This document shows positions 19,573-28,173 of a stretch of 64,000 nucleotides of DNA, piece after piece (the stretch's first letter is position 1; each line of letters begins with the position of its first letter). The notes beneath the pieces were generated by a model, which saw nothing but the letters and a program-made list of their open reading frames with translations, did not search any database and was not told the DNA's origin. The stretch covers positions 690-64,689 of the forward strand of contig JBDHZD010000006.1 in assembly GCA_039811705.1 (NCBI GenBank), in the 5' to 3' direction. The position numbers and the translations under genes were made by a program. This stretch comes from Fimbriimonadaceae bacterium (GTDB lineage: Bacteria > Armatimonadota > Fimbriimonadia > Fimbriimonadales > Fimbriimonadaceae).

Positions 19573-19630
19573 GCCCCGGTTGTACCTTGCGAGCGGGCCT
19601 GGTTCGGCTACCACCGCACCATTGCGGAGG

Positions 19631-20185
19631 CTAGAACTGCACTTTGACCGGCTCGCGCTCGGCAGCGACTTCGATCTCGAACAGCTCCTTGGGCTTGAAG
19701 CTGAACATGTTCGCGAAGATGTTCGAGGGGAACGCTTCGATCTTCGTGTTGTAGGCGGTCACGATGTCGTTGTAGTACTGCCGCGCGTAAGAAATCTTGT
19801 TCTCCGTGCTGCGCAGTTCTTCCTGAAGCTCGATCATGTTCGTGTTCGCCTTCAGGTCGGGATACGACTCGGCGAGCGCGAAGAAGCCCGTAAGCGCGGC
19901 GGCCACCTGGGTCTCGGCGGCGGCCTTGTCGTGGACCGAAGACGCCGACACCGCGCGGTTGCGCGCTTGGATGACCTTCTCTAGGGTGTCCTGCTCGTGC
20001 TTCATGTAGCCCTTGACCGTCTCAACCAAATTCGGGATCAGGTCGTAGCGGCGCTTGAGCTGCACGTCGATCTGCGCCCAGGCGTTGTTCGTCTGCTGGC
20101 GCAACGAAACCAGCCCGTTGTAGGCGCCGATGGCGACGACCACGAGGACGACGACGAGTCCGAGTGCGACGAGTAGGCCTGGCAT
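19631..20185 (-). CDS. lemA: LemA-family membrane protein
   Basis: N-terminal TM segment, then YNGLVSLRQQTNNAWAQIDVQLKRRYDLIPNLVETVKGY. Confidence 0.9.
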   Translation of the reverse strand: MPGLLVALGLVVVLVVVAIGAYNGLVSLRQQTNNAWAQIDVQLKRRYDLIPNLVETVKGYMKHEQDTLEKVIQARNRAVSASSVHDKAAAETQVAAALTGFFALAESYPDLKANTNMIELQEELRSTENKISYARQYYNDIVTAYNTKIEAFPSNIFANMFSFKPKELFEIEVAAEREPVKVQF

Positions 20186-20254
20186 GGTGGTTTCCTGAAG
20201 GCAAGCTTACCTTGCCATCCACTCATACGAAATCCTGCGCGCGGGGTTGCAGGG

Positions 20255-20743
20255 TCAGGACCCGGTGTCCGCAAGGTCGAGCGGTTGCAGCTGTCCTTCG
20301 CGGAACAAGAACACCTGCATGCCCGCCAATCGAAACAGCTCCTTGGAGAACTCGTCGGGATAGTCGCCCTCGTAGATCACGCGCCGGATGCCCGCGTTGA
20401 TCAGCATCTTGGCGCACGCGTTGCAGGGTTGACACGTCACATAGACGTCGGCGCCCTCGCAAGGCACGCCGATCATCGCCGCCTGCAGGAGCGCGTTCTG
20501 CTCGGCGTGGAGCGAGCGGATGCAATGCCCCGCGCGCATGCATCCGTCCGGCCAATCGTGGTCGGGTCCGCCTGGAGGGCAATGGGGCAATCCCCGAGGC
20601 GCTCCGTTGTAGCCCGTGGCCAGAATGCGTTTATCACGGACGATCAAAGCGCCGACCTGCCGCCGCGGGCATGTCGCCCGGGTCTTCACCAGATGGGCGA
20701 TCTGCATGAAGTAGGCGTCCCAGCTCGGGCGTTCCAGCGTCAC
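20255..20743 (-). CDS. dCMP/CMP deaminase (zinc-dependent)
   Basis: GTG 20743 forms a GTGA overlap with the upstream stop. HAEQNAL and TCQPCNACAKMLINAGI are the HAE / PCxxC zinc motifs. Confidence 0.85.
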   Translation of the reverse strand: MTLERPSWDAYFMQIAHLVKTRATCPRRQVGALIVRDKRILATGYNGAPRGLPHCPPGGPDHDWPDGCMRAGHCIRSLHAEQNALLQAAMIGVPCEGADVYVTCQPCNACAKMLINAGIRRVIYEGDYPDEFSKELFRLAGMQVFLFREGQLQPLDLADTGS

Positions 20744-21579
20744 GAGTTCGACGCCCCCATCGAAGCCGTGGCGATCATCATCCGCGCCGCGCGATGCGCT
20801 TCGTGGTACGAGGCTCCGATGAACTCGACCGTGAATGCGTCGTAGCGCGTGCAACCGACGCACTTCTCGGCGATATCGGCCTCCTCCGACCGGTTGAACT
20901 CGAGCCTCACCTGAACGGGCGGCGCAGGCATCCAAGGCGAAACCGCACCACGTTTGGCGAGTCCTTCGGCAGCCGCCGCCTCGATCCTTGGTCCGGTCAC
21001 GCTTGGATGGAACAGCTTGCCCATGTAGCGCCCATAGCCCTCCTTGACCACCGCTGTGGCGATACCGGGCACCAACGCAGAAGCCTCGGCGCAGCCCGCC
21101 GCGTCGGAACTCACCATCACCAGCGGCACGCCGTAGTGGCCCGCAAGCCCCGTGCTCATCGCGATCTCGCCGGCGGGCATCCCGTTCAGCCACATGCGGT
21201 GGACTTGGCCCGAAATCGTGTGCTCCATGATGCCGTGCAACGTCCCGGCCATGCCGTGGTAGCCGACCAGCATGCACGCGTCGAACGAGGCGTCGATGCC
21301 GGTCATCATGCCGTCCACGTGGCTGCCCGTCCCGCTGACCAGCGAGACGCCGTCCTCAAGGTCGGAGACAAGCAGGTTCTTGCTGTTGCCGTGGGAGTCC
21401 TTGACCACGATCTCGGTGGCCCCGGCGGCGCGGCAACCCCGGATGGCGGCGTTCACGTCGTGCGTCATCATCTCGCGCGCCCAACGGAAATCGAAGTGTT
21501 CGCTGCTCGGGCGTCCGCATTGCGACCAAGCGACCATGCCGGTGACGCCCTCGATGTCGGCGGAGATGAAGACCTTCAT
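20740..21579 (-). CDS. M55-family D-aminopeptidase (DppA-like)
   Basis: MKVFISADIEGVTGM N-terminus is typical of peptidase M55. 279 aa. Confidence 0.8.
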   Translation of the reverse strand: MKVFISADIEGVTGMVAWSQCGRPSSEHFDFRWAREMMTHDVNAAIRGCRAAGATEIVVKDSHGNSKNLLVSDLEDGVSLVSGTGSHVDGMMTGIDASFDACMLVGYHGMAGTLHGIMEHTISGQVHRMWLNGMPAGEIAMSTGLAGHYGVPLVMVSSDAAGCAEASALVPGIATAVVKEGYGRYMGKLFHPSVTGPRIEAAAAEGLAKRGAVSPWMPAPPVQVRLEFNRSEEADIAEKCVGCTRYDAFTVEFIGASYHEAHRAARMMIATASMGASNS

Positions 21580-21615
21580 GGGTCCATTCTACTGCGAGCG
21601 AGGGCCACAAACAGA

Positions 21616-21642
21616 ACGGGCCGATCATGAAGATCGGCCCGT
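21616..21642 (-). terminator. Rho-independent terminator downstream of 21668..23764
   Basis: 11-bp stem ACGGGCCGATC/GATCGGCCCGT with a 5-nt loop. On the minus strand it is followed by TTCTGTTTGT. Confidence 0.6.
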
Positions 21643-21667
21643 TTGGGTCAGCAACAGGGTCCGTAGG

Positions 21668-23764
21668 CTACGGTGTCGCGAAGCCGCCGCCCACGATCGC
21701 CTGGTCCACCTCGAGGGTGTACGGCGCGGGGAGGACGCGGCCCTGCTGGCGATACGGGCGCACCGCCCGAACCAGCACCTTGACGTCGCCCGCGCCGCTG
21801 ACGAAGCGGGAGAAGTCGGTCTTGTTCTGATAGATGACCTCGTTGTCGTCCGTCGGGCGCAACGGCGACGACTTGATGTGCACATACCGGTTGGCGTTGT
21901 AATCCCACAGGTACAGCATCATCGTCGTTCCAGTAGGGCCATTGGCTTCGACACGCACCTGCAGGGCTTGCAGACCCGCCAGGTCGTAGCCGTCGAACTT
22001 GTAGTCGAACTCGACCCCGGCCACCTGGCCCACGCGTCCGCCAGAGCGGGACGCGACCCGGACGAAGATGTCTTCGGCCGCCGCGGCATCGGCGACCGAG
22101 CCGTTGATGCCCCGTCCGAAGTACATGCCCATGTTGTACGGCGCGAAGTCCACGTAATCAAAGCCGGCCGCATCGGAGATCTTCCACGTGAAGATCTCGG
22201 TCGTCCAATCGCCGCTGGTCTTGCCAACCTGACCGACTCCCCAGAACACCTGATCGTCCTCCGGATCCGTGGTGATCATGAAGTAGTCGCCCCAGCGGTT
22301 GAAGCCCGGGAATCCGTAGGTGGCACCGGCTGAACTCTTGAGGACGATTGGGTCGGACATGGTGCCGAGCGGGTCGCTGGCGCGACGCCCAGCCAGCATC
22401 ATGTCGGCCACGATGCCCGCGTTGGAACGCGTGTAGATCACCGACAGGTCGCCGTTGCCCGAGACGCCGACGGCGGGCATGAAGTTGAACGAACCCGGAG
22501 TGCGGATATCCCCTGACTGCCACAGCGAGGGCGTACCGGTGACCGGCCAGTCGCTCGTGTCGATCGCGTACCACCGCACGTAGGTTTCCGACTCAGTGGC
22601 ATTCGTCGTCGTATGCGCGGCATAGAACTTTCCGTCGCGCCACACCGCGTTCTGCAGTTGACCGAAGAGGGTGTCGAGCAGGCGGCCGCCGGCCGATTCG
22701 GCCAAGAACCGCGTCGCATTGAAGTACGGCGGAACCGGAACATCGCGCGCCACCATCGAAATGGTGCTCGGCGTCGTCGAGAACGCGTACATCCGGACGA
22801 ACGAGTTCGGACTCTTGAAGTCGATGAGCGTCGTTCCGCCGTAGATCACGTTCGCGGTCGGCGACTGCATCTCCGCGATCTGCGCAGCCCACGACTGCTG
22901 GTCGTTGAACTTGAAGATGCTCGGCGAGCCGCCGCTCAGCATCTGTGCCTTGCTCATCGCGATGAACTGCTGACCCGCCATGGCGGAACCATCGTAGGCG
23001 ATCATGTCGCCGGCGCAGATGATGAAGTCCTTGTTGTATCCCCAGCCGGGATAGTCGAACCACATCTCGGTGCCGCCGACGTTCATCTCGTTGTCGATCT
23101 TCCACTTGTACCAAGTGCCCATGGGGTCTTGGTCGTCGGAAACGGCGATGAGCAGGTTGCTCGTCTTGGCACCCTCGTCAAGGTCGAGGAACACCATGAA
23201 GAACCGCTGGCTGACTTGATCGTAGAACACCTTCGGGTCGAACACGAAAGACCCAGCCCCAACAGAACCGAAAAAGCCCTGCGCACCTTCGGCACCCTGC
23301 TGGAACAGGCGCTGACCCGTCCGCTTGTTGTAAAAGGCCAACGAGGAGTTGACCGTGGCGACCACGTGGTTCGGACCGACGGCGATCGTGGGGTCGGGCG
23401 GATCGTAGCCCGTCATGTCGATGCCCGGAAACATGCTCTTCAGGTCGTCGATGCGCTTTACGGGCAACACGCCGCCGGCTCTGAGACCATTGTCAAGGAA
23501 ATTCGGGTTGGGCCTCTTGAAGCCGGGGTTCTTCGGCACGCGGCGGACCGGCGTGTACGTCTCGACGATCGGGGGCCAAAACTTGCTCGTCGACTCGGCC
23601 ACGGCGCGCGGACCGACGGTCTCGGACATCACCGGGAACTTGATCGTCTGATCGTCACGGCGGATGTCGGGCCGGCCCTGGGCCGCTGCGCTCGCCGCAA
23701 GAGCCGTCGCCAAGACGCTCCACGCGACGAAACGCGAAGAAACATGGATTGCTTTGAACATCAT
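21668..23764 (-). CDS. Large secreted hypothetical protein (698 aa), possibly beta-propeller/sialidase-like
   Basis: Signal peptide MMFKAIHVSSRFVAWSVLATALAASAAAQG. Recurrent strand-rich segments (DPTIAVGPNHVV, RWGDYFMITTDP). No family assigned with confidence. Confidence 0.7.
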   Translation of the reverse strand: MMFKAIHVSSRFVAWSVLATALAASAAAQGRPDIRRDDQTIKFPVMSETVGPRAVAESTSKFWPPIVETYTPVRRVPKNPGFKRPNPNFLDNGLRAGGVLPVKRIDDLKSMFPGIDMTGYDPPDPTIAVGPNHVVATVNSSLAFYNKRTGQRLFQQGAEGAQGFFGSVGAGSFVFDPKVFYDQVSQRFFMVFLDLDEGAKTSNLLIAVSDDQDPMGTWYKWKIDNEMNVGGTEMWFDYPGWGYNKDFIICAGDMIAYDGSAMAGQQFIAMSKAQMLSGGSPSIFKFNDQQSWAAQIAEMQSPTANVIYGGTTLIDFKSPNSFVRMYAFSTTPSTISMVARDVPVPPYFNATRFLAESAGGRLLDTLFGQLQNAVWRDGKFYAAHTTTNATESETYVRWYAIDTSDWPVTGTPSLWQSGDIRTPGSFNFMPAVGVSGNGDLSVIYTRSNAGIVADMMLAGRRASDPLGTMSDPIVLKSSAGATYGFPGFNRWGDYFMITTDPEDDQVFWGVGQVGKTSGDWTTEIFTWKISDAAGFDYVDFAPYNMGMYFGRGINGSVADAAAAEDIFVRVASRSGGRVGQVAGVEFDYKFDGYDLAGLQALQVRVEANGPTGTTMMLYLWDYNANRYVHIKSSPLRPTDDNEVIYQNKTDFSRFVSGAGDVKVLVRAVRPYRQQGRVLPAPYTLEVDQAIVGGGFATP

Positions 23765-23881
23765 GGTGCCTCAAACAGACAGGGCCAAGGGGTCCCTCAT
23801 GGCCATTATAACCCTTGGACGCCACCCGGCGGACTCAGGATACTGGAACTTCGCGGAGGGTAGAATCGGGATTCGAACGGC

Positions 23882-23957
23882 GGCGCCGTACCCAAGTGGC
23901 TAAGGGAAGGGTCTGCAAAACCCTCATTCAGCGGTTCGAATCCGCTCGGCGCCTCCA
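23882..23957 (+). tRNA. tRNA-Cys (anticodon GCA), CCA encoded
   Basis: Acceptor GGCGCCG/CGGCGCC, D arm CCC-AAGTGGCTAA-GGG, anticodon stem AGGGT/ACCCT with loop CTGCAAA, T arm CAGCGGTTCGAATCCGCTC, then T-CCA. 76 nt. Confidence 0.9.
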
Positions 23958-24964
23958 CCTTCGAATCTCCGCTTGATCTCCCGCTCTCCGGCAAAGCGCG
24001 CCCGCTCGATCCATGCCGCTCGTCCCGGGAACATGCACCAATTCGTCTTGAATTCCGTGTACGGTTGCCAGCGCCGCTTGTAACCCTCGTCGCCGCGCAG
24101 CATCTCGAACCGCGACAGCCCTTCCGAGATCGCTCGCTCGACCAGCGCCGCGATCAGCACCGTCCCGGGCGAAACCGACCGGTGGGTTGGATCGAATCCA
24201 GCCTGGTAGAACCAACACGCTCCCGAGGCGGCGAACGCATACACCGCACCGACCGGCTCGCCCTGACAGAGCAGCAGGGGCATCCAAACGCCCACACCTT
24301 GGGGGTCGCTCAGAAACCTGCGGTGGAAGCGCAAGGTCCGACCCCAAAACACACCGGGTTGTCCTCGCCGCCGCCAACGCATGCGATGGAGTCGGTGCAA
24401 AGCTTCGAACCCCTGCAGCAAGTCGCTCGCGAATTCGACCGTGTAGCCCTTGTCGCGAAAGGCTTTGCGACCTGGCGCCCGGGCATCGTAGCGGAGGCTC
24501 TTGCTCAGCCCGCTCAGAAATCCGTCAAACGAATGGGGAAGTGTAAGCGACAGGCACGTGGACTGTTGCTCGCAGACCCAAGTCCCTTGCGGCAGGGCAT
24601 CGACAAACGGACCAGAACGCACTTCCGGGACGACGACCGTGGTTCGCAGCCGGGCCAGTTCGCCAGCGAGCACACAACCCGCATCGGGTGAGTCGGAGTC
24701 CATCAGGGGGTCGAGGAAGTCCGAAACGCCGAAACCTGCGGCCCGAACCACGCCCAAGCCGAACCACAGCGGCAACCAAGCGCACAACCTGTCGCCCTCC
24801 CAAACGGAAAGAACCCGGACTCGCCCCCCGCGGGCGAACGTCTCCCACCAAGCGGTCTGCCAAACGCGGCTCTGAAACGGCGAGCCCGAGGCGCGAGCAT
24901 GCAGCGCGTCCCATTCGGGCGCGCACGCCAACGCGTCGCGCGACGAGAGCCACTTCGTTCGCAT
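23924..24964 (-). CDS. GNAT-fold acetyltransferase, FemAB/CelD(BcsL)-like
   Basis: 346 aa with HRLHRMRWRRRGQPGVF and GTVLIAALVERAISEGLSRFEMLRGDEGYKRRW, typical of this family. The last 34 nt overlap tRNA-Cys on the opposite strand. Confidence 0.7.
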   Translation of the reverse strand: MRTKWLSSRDALACAPEWDALHARASGSPFQSRVWQTAWWETFARGGRVRVLSVWEGDRLCAWLPLWFGLGVVRAAGFGVSDFLDPLMDSDSPDAGCVLAGELARLRTTVVVPEVRSGPFVDALPQGTWVCEQQSTCLSLTLPHSFDGFLSGLSKSLRYDARAPGRKAFRDKGYTVEFASDLLQGFEALHRLHRMRWRRRGQPGVFWGRTLRFHRRFLSDPQGVGVWMPLLLCQGEPVGAVYAFAASGACWFYQAGFDPTHRSVSPGTVLIAALVERAISEGLSRFEMLRGDEGYKRRWQPYTEFKTNWCMFPGRAAWIERARFAGEREIKRRFEGGGAERIRTAE

Positions 24965-24968
24965 CGCC

Positions 24969-26042
24969 TCATTGTGCGCTCGTCCGCCTGCCTGCCACCC
25001 GGGATTCGATTTCGGAAAGTCCAGCGACCATGGGTCGGTGATCAGCCTCGATCAGAACTAGGACCGGACTGTGCCGAATGCCCAACCGCCGCGCCCAGGC
25101 TGTTTCTTCCTTCACCACTGACTCGAGAGACGTGTCAAAAGGGATCCCCATCTCATCCAACAACCGCTGCGAACGGGTTGCGCCGACACCCTGCTCGGCG
25201 AGCACCCCCCTGAGCCATGGTTCAAGTTTCCCCCTGCGATGCGCGGACTCCAGGTGGACCGCGATGTCCAGGTCCTGTCGCCCAAGAGCCAACAGGTTGT
25301 GGCGAAACACGATCCTGAACCCAGCGCCAGAATCGCGCAGTTTGAACAGGCGGTCGAGAGCCTCCCTGCAGGCAGGACACGAGAGTTCGCCAACCACAAC
25401 AACGGTCCGGCCCGAGTCTTCTCCGCCCACCGAGGGGCGTTCGTGACCGACGATACTGTCCGGCGGCATCGAAGCGATCGTTTTCTCAAGTTCAAGGTGT
25501 GTATCCCATAGGCGCAAAGGATCGATGGCCAGGACCAACGACAAACCCACACCCGCCAACAGCGCCACCGGCTGCTGCCAAGGCCGTCGGACCTGTGGTT
25601 CGGGTTCACCCAGGCAACCCTCTATTCCGTGAGCCACCAACAGGAGGCACCAGGTCAGCGCCGACGCCAAGCACCATGCGCAGGTCGTCCGCAACGTACT
25701 CACCGAGTACAACGTCAGCAAGAAGCTGGCCAATGTACCGGTGCCAGACAAAACGTAAGAAGCCAAGCGACACGATTCGCATCGACCGCCCACGACGAGT
25801 CTGGCGTTCGTTGCGAACAGAGCGACGTAAGCCCCGAGTCCCCAGAAAGCGACAGGCACGCCCAGCACGGCACTCCACCGGCTTCGCAGAACTTGGAGAC
25901 AACCTTCTCCGGAACGGCAGACAACGGGAACCAGCCCGGCCGCGTGCAGACTCAAGTAGAGCGTCACGAACAAACCGACTGAACTCAACACCAACCTGAC
26001 CCAAGTCCAATCGACTCGCTTCCATAAAGAAAAACTGAACAA
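24969..26042 (-). CDS. VKOR-family membrane thiol oxidoreductase fused to a DsbA/thioredoxin-like domain
   Basis: Loop Cys pair VVCRSGEGC, TM CxxC (TCAWCL), and C-terminal domain with SCPACREAL. The likely start is TTG 26042, 9 nt after AAGGAGG. The tracked start is TTG 26063. Confidence 0.8.
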   Translation of the reverse strand: MFSFSLWKRVDWTWVRLVLSSVGLFVTLYLSLHAAGLVPVVCRSGEGCLQVLRSRWSAVLGVPVAFWGLGAYVALFATNARLVVGGRCESCRLASYVLSGTGTLASFLLTLYSVSTLRTTCAWCLASALTWCLLLVAHGIEGCLGEPEPQVRRPWQQPVALLAGVGLSLVLAIDPLRLWDTHLELEKTIASMPPDSIVGHERPSVGGEDSGRTVVVVGELSCPACREALDRLFKLRDSGAGFRIVFRHNLLALGRQDLDIAVHLESAHRRGKLEPWLRGVLAEQGVGATRSQRLLDEMGIPFDTSLESVVKEETAWARRLGIRHSPVLVLIEADHRPMVAGLSEIESRVAGRRTSAQ

Positions 26043-26056
26043 TTTTCGGATCCTCC

Positions 26057-26085
26057 TTGACAATGCGGAATAGACCTGATAGACT
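26057..26085 (+). promoter_or_regulatory. Sigma70-type promoter TTGACA-N17-TAGACT for the 26129-28101 operon
   Basis: TTGACA at 26057-26062, 17-nt spacer, TAGACT at 26080-26085. The RBS GAGGAG lies 8 nt before ATG 26129. Confidence 0.45.
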
Positions 26086-26128
26086 ACCGGAACTGGTCTC
26101 TACGAAAAGAGACATGAGGAGACGTCAT

Positions 26129-26257
26129 ATGAAAAAATGGTGGAACGCGATCGTCGCACTCTTGGCGGTCGGTCTTGGGGCTACGATGATCCTGTCATCG
26201 ACCGCATTCGCCTCGAACCCAGAGGAGCAGTGCGACGAGAATCCCGGCGGAAATTGA
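26129..26257 (+). CDS. Small exported peptide precursor (42 aa; predicted 14-aa mature part SNPEEQCDENPGGN)
   Basis: GAGGAG RBS. MKKWWNAIVALLAVGLGATMILSSTAFA|SNPEEQCDENPGGN has a classic n-h-c signal with an AFA cleavage site. Confidence 0.5.
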   Translation: MKKWWNAIVALLAVGLGATMILSSTAFASNPEEQCDENPGGN

Positions 26258-26261
26258 GGCC

Positions 26262-26681
26262 GTGTCCGGTTGGACTCGGCGACTTGCTGCGCTCTTGATC
26301 GCGATTGGTTCGGTGACATTTCTCTATGGGGCCGCCCTTGAGAGTTCCGAACATCCATTCGTCTTGAGCGGAGAACCAAGCGACCTAGGCGTGATCGATG
26401 GAGATCAACTTCTCGAAAGCACAGTGGACGTGTGGAATGTGCGTCATCGGCATCTGGAACTTGAAATCGTTCTGTCTGGATGCGGGTGCGATGACCGCAG
26501 CATACAGGTGATCGATGTGCCGCCCTTCAGCCGCCGTTCGTTCACTCTGGTCACCGATCCCAGCCGTTTGCCCGTCGGCAGGCAATCGTCCTCGATTCGC
26601 TTTCGCGGGCTCATCGGCAACGAACCCTTTGAAACGCATCACCAGTATTGGTTCACTGTCCAACGGCGCATCACCGATTGA
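26262..26681 (+). CDS. DUF1573-like membrane-anchored Ig-fold protein
   Basis: N-terminal TM segment (RRLAALLIAIGSVTFLYGAAL). DLGVIDG...LELEIVLSGCGC...FTLV pattern matches the DUF1573 SCGC motif. Confidence 0.65.
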   Translation: MSGWTRRLAALLIAIGSVTFLYGAALESSEHPFVLSGEPSDLGVIDGDQLLESTVDVWNVRHRHLELEIVLSGCGCDDRSIQVIDVPPFSRRSFTLVTDPSRLPVGRQSSSIRFRGLIGNEPFETHHQYWFTVQRRITD

Positions 26682-26707
26682 GCCAAGGTGAGCCCGCCAC
26701 AGAGATC

Positions 26708-27079
26708 ATGAAACAGAACAAACCTCTCTACGCTTCGGCCGTCATCGGTCTGCTGGCAACGTGTCTCGCCATGAGCGTCACGGAAACGTATGCCGGCATC
26801 TGTCAAAAGTGCAAGTATGGAACGAAGGTCGTGAAGACCTCGTGCCCCAGTGCGTGCACCAACCCAGTCATCTGCTACCAGGCTACGATCACCGACTACA
26901 CGTGTGAAACCGAACTCTGGAAGCGCTGCGACATCGCTGGCTCGTCGGGGATGTACTCGTCAGAACAGGGACAGTGCGCTCAAACCGGATCGGGTTGCGT
27001 ATGCAGTATGTACGGAAGCGGCATCTTCACAAATCTGCCATGGCCGGATGAAGTATGTGTAACAAGCAACATGCTCTAA
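26708..27079 (+). CDS. Cys-rich secreted protein (123 aa, about 14 Cys)
   Basis: I trimmed the ORF to MKQNKPLYASAVIGLLATCLAMSVTETYAG (signal or lipobox-like LATC). The mature part is ICQKCKYG...SCPSAC...VICY...YTCE...KRCD...GQCAQ...GCVCS...EVCV. Confidence 0.6.
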   Translation: MKQNKPLYASAVIGLLATCLAMSVTETYAGICQKCKYGTKVVKTSCPSACTNPVICYQATITDYTCETELWKRCDIAGSSGMYSSEQGQCAQTGSGCVCSMYGSGIFTNLPWPDEVCVTSNML

Positions 27080-28101
27080 TCTCTCTTCTCGCAGTTCTCG
27101 CGCTGGCAGAATCGGCGAAAGCAGACGCTTGGGTGTATCGGGTCACCTTCACGACGCCACCCGTCGAAGACCCCAGGTCTCCCGAAAAGGAAGCGAGCGA
27201 CACGTCCAGGGCCCTTCGGCTCGCCGGAGTGCGCAAGGACACCGTGGACAACAATCGCGCGTTTCTGGTTCGCGCCGCGCAAGAGGCCAGGAAGGGTCGA
27301 ACCATTGAGGGCAGGGCCATGGTCGCCGTCGGCGATGGATGGTTGGTTTCAGAGCATCCCGCTCCCGTCCTCGGCGCCGGTGAGTGCACCGAAAAGCAGG
27401 TCTACCGCAATGGTGCGTCCATGTTCTGGATCGAGGGCGAGAACATCGTGCGCGTGTTCCCCGATCAGCGTCTGTCCATTGTCGGCTCTATCGCAAGCCA
27501 GTATGTGCTCGGACGGCGGTTTGCCGAGAAGGCAGAGGTCGTGCAGAAAGTGTCGGGCGGACTCCCCGTGGACAGCTATTCAGTTGCCGTGAAGGCGTTC
27601 GAACTTGACCCGTACCAAGCCAGGATGGATGTTCATTACGCCGATGCTAAGCGCTCCAAGGTGTCCCGGGTCGAGTTCCACCGCGAGTTCATCGACAAAT
27701 CCTGGTTCTTGAACGAACGTTACGACCTGACCGACGGCGAGATCACGGATGGCAAGTTGTCCTTCGCCAAAGTTCGCTTGAGGCGCTTTCGTCCGGACGG
27801 CGCTTTGGCTCAGGAGTTAGTGTATACACCCGAATCGCGACTTGAAGACGGCGCCGTCGACATGAACCTCGGCATTCCCATGGGCACCCACGTTCTTGAC
27901 AAACGGCTGGGCGAGGAAGTCCCCTACGAGTGGAATGGCGAGTGGCTCGACCTCGACGCCCTGAGAGCCGTCCAACAAAGCGAAGCGCCGCAAGCCAAGA
28001 TCCACGCGAACACGTTCGCGCTCAAGCCGTGGCACTATGGTGTCGGGCTCGTCGCCTTTGGAGCGGGCGTGGCCTACCTTGGACGCCGCCGACGCGCCTG
28101 A
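27055..28101 (+). CDS. Secreted protein with C-terminal TM segment plus Arg-cluster tail
   Basis: Signal peptide MCNKQHALISLLAVLALAESAKADA. Extreme C-terminus LKPWHYGVGLVAFGAGVAYLGRRRRA. Confidence 0.7.
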   Translation: MCNKQHALISLLAVLALAESAKADAWVYRVTFTTPPVEDPRSPEKEASDTSRALRLAGVRKDTVDNNRAFLVRAAQEARKGRTIEGRAMVAVGDGWLVSEHPAPVLGAGECTEKQVYRNGASMFWIEGENIVRVFPDQRLSIVGSIASQYVLGRRFAEKAEVVQKVSGGLPVDSYSVAVKAFELDPYQARMDVHYADAKRSKVSRVEFHREFIDKSWFLNERYDLTDGEITDGKLSFAKVRLRRFRPDGALAQELVYTPESRLEDGAVDMNLGIPMGTHVLDKRLGEEVPYEWNGEWLDLDALRAVQQSEAPQAKIHANTFALKPWHYGVGLVAFGAGVAYLGRRRRA

Positions 28102-28134
28102 AGCATTTTGGTAACCTCGGTCGTGATCATGCCT

Positions 28135-28154
28135 GGGCGGCCCTCGGGCCGCCC
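28135..28154 (+). terminator. GC hairpin after 27055..28101 (terminator-like, no U-tract)
   Basis: GGGCGGCC-CTCG-GGCCGCCC forms an 8-bp stem. Confidence 0.4.
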
Positions 28155-28173
28155 GGCTCGGCTACAATGAGTC

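Noticed and set aside
23860-23881. tRNA-like fragment (GGGATTCGAACGGCGGCGCC) just upstream of tRNA-Cys, considered as a possible att-type partial duplication
   Set aside because: It shares only TTCGAA plus CGGCGCC with the tRNA 3' half. It has no T-stem complementarity, and no second copy lies downstream.
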